DNA of 59,233 nucleotides, filler included. It is 3 parts of 3 records of this genome, joined end to end, with 100 filler letters (N's around TTAATTAATTAA, not from the genome) between each part and the next. Parts side by side here need not be neighbours in the genome. Positions count along the whole stretch, not along the records: positions 50,180 to 59,233 come from SRR2962707_2280; 2 more parts are not named here. One strand, given 5' to 3'. Each line of letters starts with the position of its first letter. Positions within the stretch are counted from its first letter, which is position 1. Below the pieces are notes generated by a model. That model saw only the letters and a list, made by a program, of their open reading frames with translations, made no database searches and was not told where the DNA came from. The translations under genes and the position numbers were made by a program. This document shows positions 53,474 to 59,233 of this stretch, one piece after another.

Positions 53474-56400
53474 CTACCACTCAACCGGAGCCTCCATCAC
53501 GCTTGCCGAAAAGGTGGTTTCGCCTTGCAAGAGAGTTGGAAGCTCTTGTACTCTGAGTGACGGTTGGACACGCGTGAAGTCGTCATTATCAATCTTTAAC
53601 ACCAACGTCTAACGCATGGCCCACCAGCAAGAAAACCAAGCACGCAACGAAAAAGTTGAGAGAATGGTCGACGACTCAAAACACCCACTTCTCAAGGCCA
53701 TGCACCGCAATCGCATGGAGCTCAGATTGTGTGGGAAAATACCGTCCAATCGACGCCCAGAAACTTTGCAAAATCCTTGTACAACTTCCGAATCAACATT
53801 GTTGGCTTCACCTATGAGAGGCGAGAATGTTGCATGTTGCACATACACCACATAAACACGAAACCATGACAGCATGTTGCACATTAAATCAGAGCAATTA
53901 TGGGTCATACATCATGTTTTATACATTGGATCAGAGCTATCATAGGTCGAATGTGGACACATTATGGCCCCTGGCAGACACTCGACAGTGGCGGCGATAA
54001 CATACCTTGTATTTTCTACTTTTGTTTGAAGCAGCATGGTTGATCTGCAGCAAAACATGCTGCGTAGGAAGAGGTGCGGGCAGGACCGGCGCAGGCACAG
54101 ACTGAGAGGTGCTTGCAGTGGTTTGAGATGGGCTTGCGACAGCCTGTACCATTTCCGCTGCCTTGGGTTTGAGGCTCGAGCCCGTTGGATCTTGCAGCGT
54201 AGGTTTGGCCGGAGTCAGTGATTGGGGATTTGGTGGAGTGTCTCCACCTGAGGTCGAAGCTGCACTCGGGCCGCCGTCACTGCCGCTGGCACTACCGCTG
54301 TTGCTACGACTTGGAAGCGACGCTGTTGGCTTTCGTGCGGGGGATCCGGCAACTTTAGACAACACCGAGGGCTCTTCAGGCTCGACCTCAAGAGCTCGAA
54401 GAGCTTCCCCATCGTATGAGTCTGGCCCTGGTCTGAGGCCGAACCGCTGCTCAAACTACCAAAACAGCAGGCAAGGCAAAACCCACAGTTTACGCCTCGG
54501 GACCGAATGCAGGTTGGTCGCGCATGCTTGACCCACCACACGCACCAAGCGTTGCCGAGCTTGCGCTTGACCAACGGCATCTACCGACACGTTCGTTCTC
54601 CCAACAAGAATGTGACTATTGGTGGCCACGTTGTACGACGCAAGGGTTCGGTGATCGAGCATTAAATGTCCATACGTTGCCTGCGACACCACCAACAGCA
54701 AGAATTTCCCAACCTCAGTGATTGCCAGCCAATTTGTCGACAAAAGCAGCGAAGGAGCACCCATGCAACACAGCTGGGACATTCAGAAAGCGCACCGTGG
54801 TGAGCTGCTGCTGGGGGACTGGGATTGAGATGCGGGCGGACAACTTTTCTTTGAGATGGTGTACAGTGTCTGTGCTTCGCACTTCGACCGTCAGAGAAGC
54901 AAAGTTCGCACCATTGCCGGCACGAACAGTCAGGGCCAGAACAACGCCAGGATTCCCTGCCGCAGAAGGAGACGCTACAGCTGCACCAGGCGACGCGATG
55001 CCAGCGGCCCGCTGGCGCTCCTGTCGTTGTTTTTCCTTCTCTGATCGAATTCGTTCCCGGCGTTGTTTGTCGTACTCATTCAACTCAAAAATCTTTCGGA
55101 AGTCATTTCGGTTCAGTCCTGCACCCACGCGCCGCTTTGCCGGCCCTCCTTTGCTTAGCATGTCCTCTGCCAATTGGCGTTTTGCAACTTGGACGTCAAA
55201 TATCCGGTCTTCCACCGTTCCCTGCGCAGCAGCACAGCACGGACCGGGCCACCAGGCACTTCAGCAGTGCAAGCGACAGAAGATGCGACAAACAAAATCG
55301 AAATGTTTGCCGCCGAAATCGCACCTTCACTCGTAAGTGAAAAATCTGGACAGGCTTCGTCTGGCCGATTCGATGCGTTCGATCAACAGCTTGGTCTTCA
55401 ATGGACGGATTCCACCTGCACAACACGGAGCAGAAAGGTAATTCCAGTTGGATGGCAGAGCAACATCACTGTCGAGCAGAAATCGGAGGGCGAAAAAGAT
55501 TACCAAATGTCCATAAATATGCAAGTGTTGGCGCAGGTCAAGTTTAAGCCGGCGTTGCCACATGTTGTTGAAAGCAGCAGAACGGCCACGCCCCCTGCTT
55601 CTTCGTAAGCCTCAAAGGCAAGAAGTGTTGCGTCGCGTGCCTCGCTGCTCATTTGTCCTGTGTACATGAAAACCTAGAGAGTTTTTCCAAACACGTTCCA
55701 GCGAAACGTCAAATTGGAGAGCGCGGCACCACGTGTGCGAGTGTTGAGCAAAGTGCGAGCCCGAGCAAATTAATGGGGAAATCAAGAGTCACCTTGTATG
55801 TTTTGCCAGTTGCGGCAGCTTCGTCGTCAATGCGGTCTTTCAGCCTATGCAAGACTGACGTGAACATGCAAAACACAAGCGTTTTCTCGCAGGTCATATT
55901 GGCCGCCGGCTTCGCTTGTTCCCCATTTTCGGGGATAGTAGCCTTTGGCCGGGTCTGTTCCAAGATCTCCACCGCCTTTTCGAACTTCGTTGAATAAATG
56001 TAGTCTTGAAGGACTATGGTGGGGTCTGAACACGCCGAGTCTTTGACCCCAGAAGATGCTGCTCTTTTGGAGTTGTGCTCACGGACAAGGCCTCGTACGC
56101 GCGCAAGCTCTTCCTCAGACAAGTTCAAGTCTTCTTTGCTTGGGACGCCTCCCATGGCGATGTGAACGAACTCGGCTTCCATTGTGGGACGGAGTTGGTT
56201 GCTTCGGCACATGTGACCTGCATTAAAATGGAGTTGTCACAGCAAAGGCCCAAGGTGAAAGGGAAAGCATTTGCACATGCCTTCCTCAATACATAGCAAT
56301 GCGTCCGATCACTTGCATTCTGTCAGCTGGTCCATATGATCGGCACAACAACCGTGCCCGCAGGGGAAGAGAGAGAGATTTTGCGCGATATCGAAGCAGA

Positions 56401-58945
56401 TAGGGCACTCAAATTTGTCGGGAATGAAGTCACCGGCAACAACGCGTTTTTTGATGAAATCACGACGGCTGTCGTCCATCTTTTCTAACCAACGCTTTGC
56501 CCGCGCAAGTCCAGCCTCAAGGCGGTCGGCGGCCTTTCCAGCTTCTGCTTCGCCTCCTTCTGACAGAACTTCCGTAATTCGAAGCCACCCAGGCAGTACT
56601 GCTTGCGTGAGGCAACATTGGCGGAGTCGAACCAGCAACGCTAGCATGTCAACAAAGCCGCGATTGCCTCTGCCATCCTACGCATTCGACCCGCCAAGTC
56701 ACGATTATTCTTCTTTTTCGACAAAACAATTGACGCCAAACGGGCCTCCAAAAAAATAGATTAAAACGAACGTCATGATCTTCCCCCCCGTGACGGTAAC
56801 GACGACCGCGGTTCTGTGGCAGATTCTGCATAATTTTGGCGGCTTCCGCTTGAGCACGACTGAAGATGATGTTGTAGCATGCTTGCTCGACCGGTGAGAA
56901 AGTCAGCAGCTCCGTTGTATGCTATTTGATATGCAGATCAAAGCACGCACAATTTGTGAGCACGGTGGCTTCGATCGCATTGCAGCCAAAGTAAACGAGT
57001 TGCACAACTTGCAAATGACTCACTGTTTTTGGGGGGAGACTTGTCAAGACATCCTCCTTGACCCGGCGCAGCATGAGCCGATGCAACACCTACACCACAG
57101 CAGCAGGCGTCAGCGCAGATTTCGGAAAGCATCTCGCCAAGCAGACATGACCAGTGCATAGCACGTGGCCAACCTTTTTTGTCTCAACCATGTTGTTCTG
57201 CAAGCGCTTGTTTACTGCCTGATGATAGCGGCCCGCGCCGCGTTCATTTGTACCAGAGACGTTTCGAAGCATTTTCACCTGTTGGATGCAGCCACCGATA
57301 AGCAATGTTGGAGGACCAAATACTCGTACACTCTAAAGCAACAGGACGGGTCTCGAGCACCGTGCTGCACACTTACATCAAGGAATATGAAAAAGGAAGA
57401 TAATTCTTCGATTTTGTTTTGAAGTGGCGTCCCAGTCAATATCCAGCGGCGTTGCGCTCTCAGTGCGCTACACCCAAGAGCAAAAGTCGAGTTGTAGTTG
57501 CGAATAGTATGGCCTTCGTCGAGCACAATACGGTGCCACTCCACATCGAAGAGTGTGTTCCTGTCTCCTGCAAGGCACGCACAAGCTGGTGAGTTCAACG
57601 TCTGGGCGAGCATGGGCCAGCATGGAGCAGCAAACCAAAACGCACTTGGTCCATATCCACGGGAAATGCCGTATTGCCGAGACACAGTGTGATAGTTGGT
57701 CAAAACTACATCGTACCGACCAACCAGCTGACTCGCAGTGAAAAGTCGTTTGTCTTTGCCGTAGTAGATTAACACATCAAGCCTGCAAATTCCACATGCT
57801 GCAGCGTCAAATTCACCATGTCCCCACGCCCACTGCACTGCAGACAATCAAGAAGCAACAATACAATACCGCGACAGAGCGTGCAAAAGCTTGCGTACAT
57901 CGGTGCAAATTTGTTGATTTCTCGACGCCATTGACGAAGGAGCACGATTGGTGCCACGATCAAGGTCGCACGCTTGTACACGCGGGTACTAAAAATGCCG
58001 AGGTAGTCATCTTCGCTCATGAATTCCGGCTTTTGACAAGGTCGTTGGCTGGCTTCAGCGCGGTTCTGGGGAAGGCATAGTCCACAATGGCATAATGAGG
58101 GAGAGCAAAACAAAGCAACCAAGGGGCTGCCTCAGAGCCAACACTGGCGAGTTGACACAGGACAGAAGTGATCTACAAACCATCAGCATGAGACATATTG
58201 TTTGCATGGTTTTTCCGAGGCCCATGCCGTCGCACAGCATGCCGTGCATACCCATGCGCAATGACAGCTGGTGCGTTCCAAAATCACCTGCAGGTGCCCA
58301 GCGACAAGCAGACCAGAGTAAAACAAACAGACTGAGCAGGTCACGGTCAATAACGACGCCACCCATTGCATGGTAAAACAATCACTTTGTCCAATTTCAT
58401 GCTGCTGCACCAACCTCGTCGGGGGTCCGTTTCGCGCTCAAACATCCACCGCACCCCTTGCACTTGGTGTGCAAACAAGTGAACTCCAGGCTTGAGGCCC
58501 GGAACCACTAATTGTTCACTTTCACCAGCAGCGGCACCTTCGTCAGGATTCGGTTTTTCGCCGACAGGCGTGCTCTTGTTAAGCCAATCTTTCAGGTCTT
58601 CATCCAAATTGCTGTCGTCAACATAGGAAGCCGCCGCCGCCGCTGCCACGCTCGAGCTTGACGAATTTGAAGCAGCGCGAACGTCTGAGGGCGTGGCGGT
58701 CATAAAGAGCTCCTCATCTGACGATCCGCTTTCTTCTTCGCTCGACGAGATACAGATCTCGCGACGGACTCGCTTCTTCACCTGAGTCGTGAGCAAAGAA
58801 AATGCAAAGGCCACGTCACGCCAGCTGAAAACAACAGGTCTCATTGGCCGCAGTGGTTTCAAAAGAGATTGAAACGCGAGTGGTCCCTCAAAGGCAGACA
58901 AATGCAAGAGAAACAAGAAGCACGGACCGGACTAGAAAACGACAT
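53474..58945 (-). CDS. Eukaryotic spliced SNF2-family ATPase with RING finger (Rad5/Rad16/Uls1-like) plus C-terminal ubiquitin-like and SUMO-like domains, ~1189 aa
   Basis: Exons (minus strand) 58945-58928, 58781-58415, 58287-58181, 58065-57899, 57782-57646, 57567-57377, 57278-57174, 57089-57024, 56921-56772, 56677-56317, 56217-55793, 55673-55504, 55415-55325, 55221-54796, 54680-54546, 54455-54006, 53811-53743, 53608-53474 (3570 nt, one open frame). Motifs LFAHQVQGVRWM, CDGMGLGKT, TLIVAP..QW, VLDEGH, LTGTPLQN, MLRRVK, LRQCC, RING, KTLVFCMF, GNAGLNLT, WNPSIEDQAVDRTHRIGQ. First and last exons are the least certain. Confidence 0.85.
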
Positions 58946-59207
58946 GGCGCTGAAAAAATCCTTCGAAAAGTTGCGAAACCAAAACAGCGAAACAAAGAGA
59001 ACAACAGAAAAAAAGCGAGGACACAACACGTTTACAGCACTGACACTCGAGTCGTCGTGTCTGTCTTCGAAGCTCGCGCTCACACCACACACACTTTCTC
59101 TTTCGTGCGAACACAAGGTTTCAGCGCAGCCTGCGCCAGACCCCAACTGAGTCGGAGAAGAAAGACGGGCGCTGTGTCGTGTCTGTTTGTTTGAAAAGAC
59201 ACAACTC

Positions 59208-59233
59208 CACACACACACACACACACACACACA
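59208..59233. repeat. (CA)n microsatellite at the contig end
   Basis: Pure CA run to the last base; a likely cause of the assembly break. Confidence 0.9.

Noticed and set aside
50299-58945. Fragmented acyl-CoA dehydrogenase and helicase ORFs read as frameshifted pseudogenes or recoding
   Set aside because: Every break is bounded by GT(GC)...AG, and removing these segments restores the frame and conserved motifs.

Overview
This window is not one locus. It is three unrelated contigs joined by two artificial 100-nt spacers (N44-TTAATTAATTAA-N44). (1) 1-24603 is a Rhizobiales-type alphaproteobacterial housekeeping region: miaB'-olsA-fur-rimI-tsaB, ptsN-hpf-rpoN-lptBAC, sppA-ihfB, two RNA methyltransferases, lspA, acuI, a hybrid histidine kinase, olsB with a Pho-box-like repeat, and mutS-glnD-murJ-trpS'. 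(2) 24704-50079 is an AT-rich Flavobacteriaceae-type region: prmC, a fluoride riboswitch with a CLC-F exporter, ligA, a split 5'-nucleotidase, dapA, a KirBac-like channel, bamD-rpoZ-coaBC-DUF4835-recN, fabI, GT2-YbbR-coaE, an RprXY-like two-component system and a susC/susD pair. (3) 50180-59233 is an intron-rich eukaryotic contig that starts with an Illumina adapter remnant. I spliced two convergent genes by hand. One is an 8-exon ACAD10/11-type acyl-CoA dehydrogenase (451 aa) ending in the PTS1-like tripeptide ARM. The other is an 18-exon, ~1189-aa Rad5/Rad16/Uls1-like SNF2 ATPase with an N-terminal NLS and SIM-like motif, a variant RING finger that needs a GC-AG intron, and a tail with a ubiquitin-like and a SUMO-like domain. 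That domain architecture is the best novelty candidate. All calls come from reading motifs by eye; no database searches were run. I saw no tRNA, rRNA, CRISPR array or transposase.
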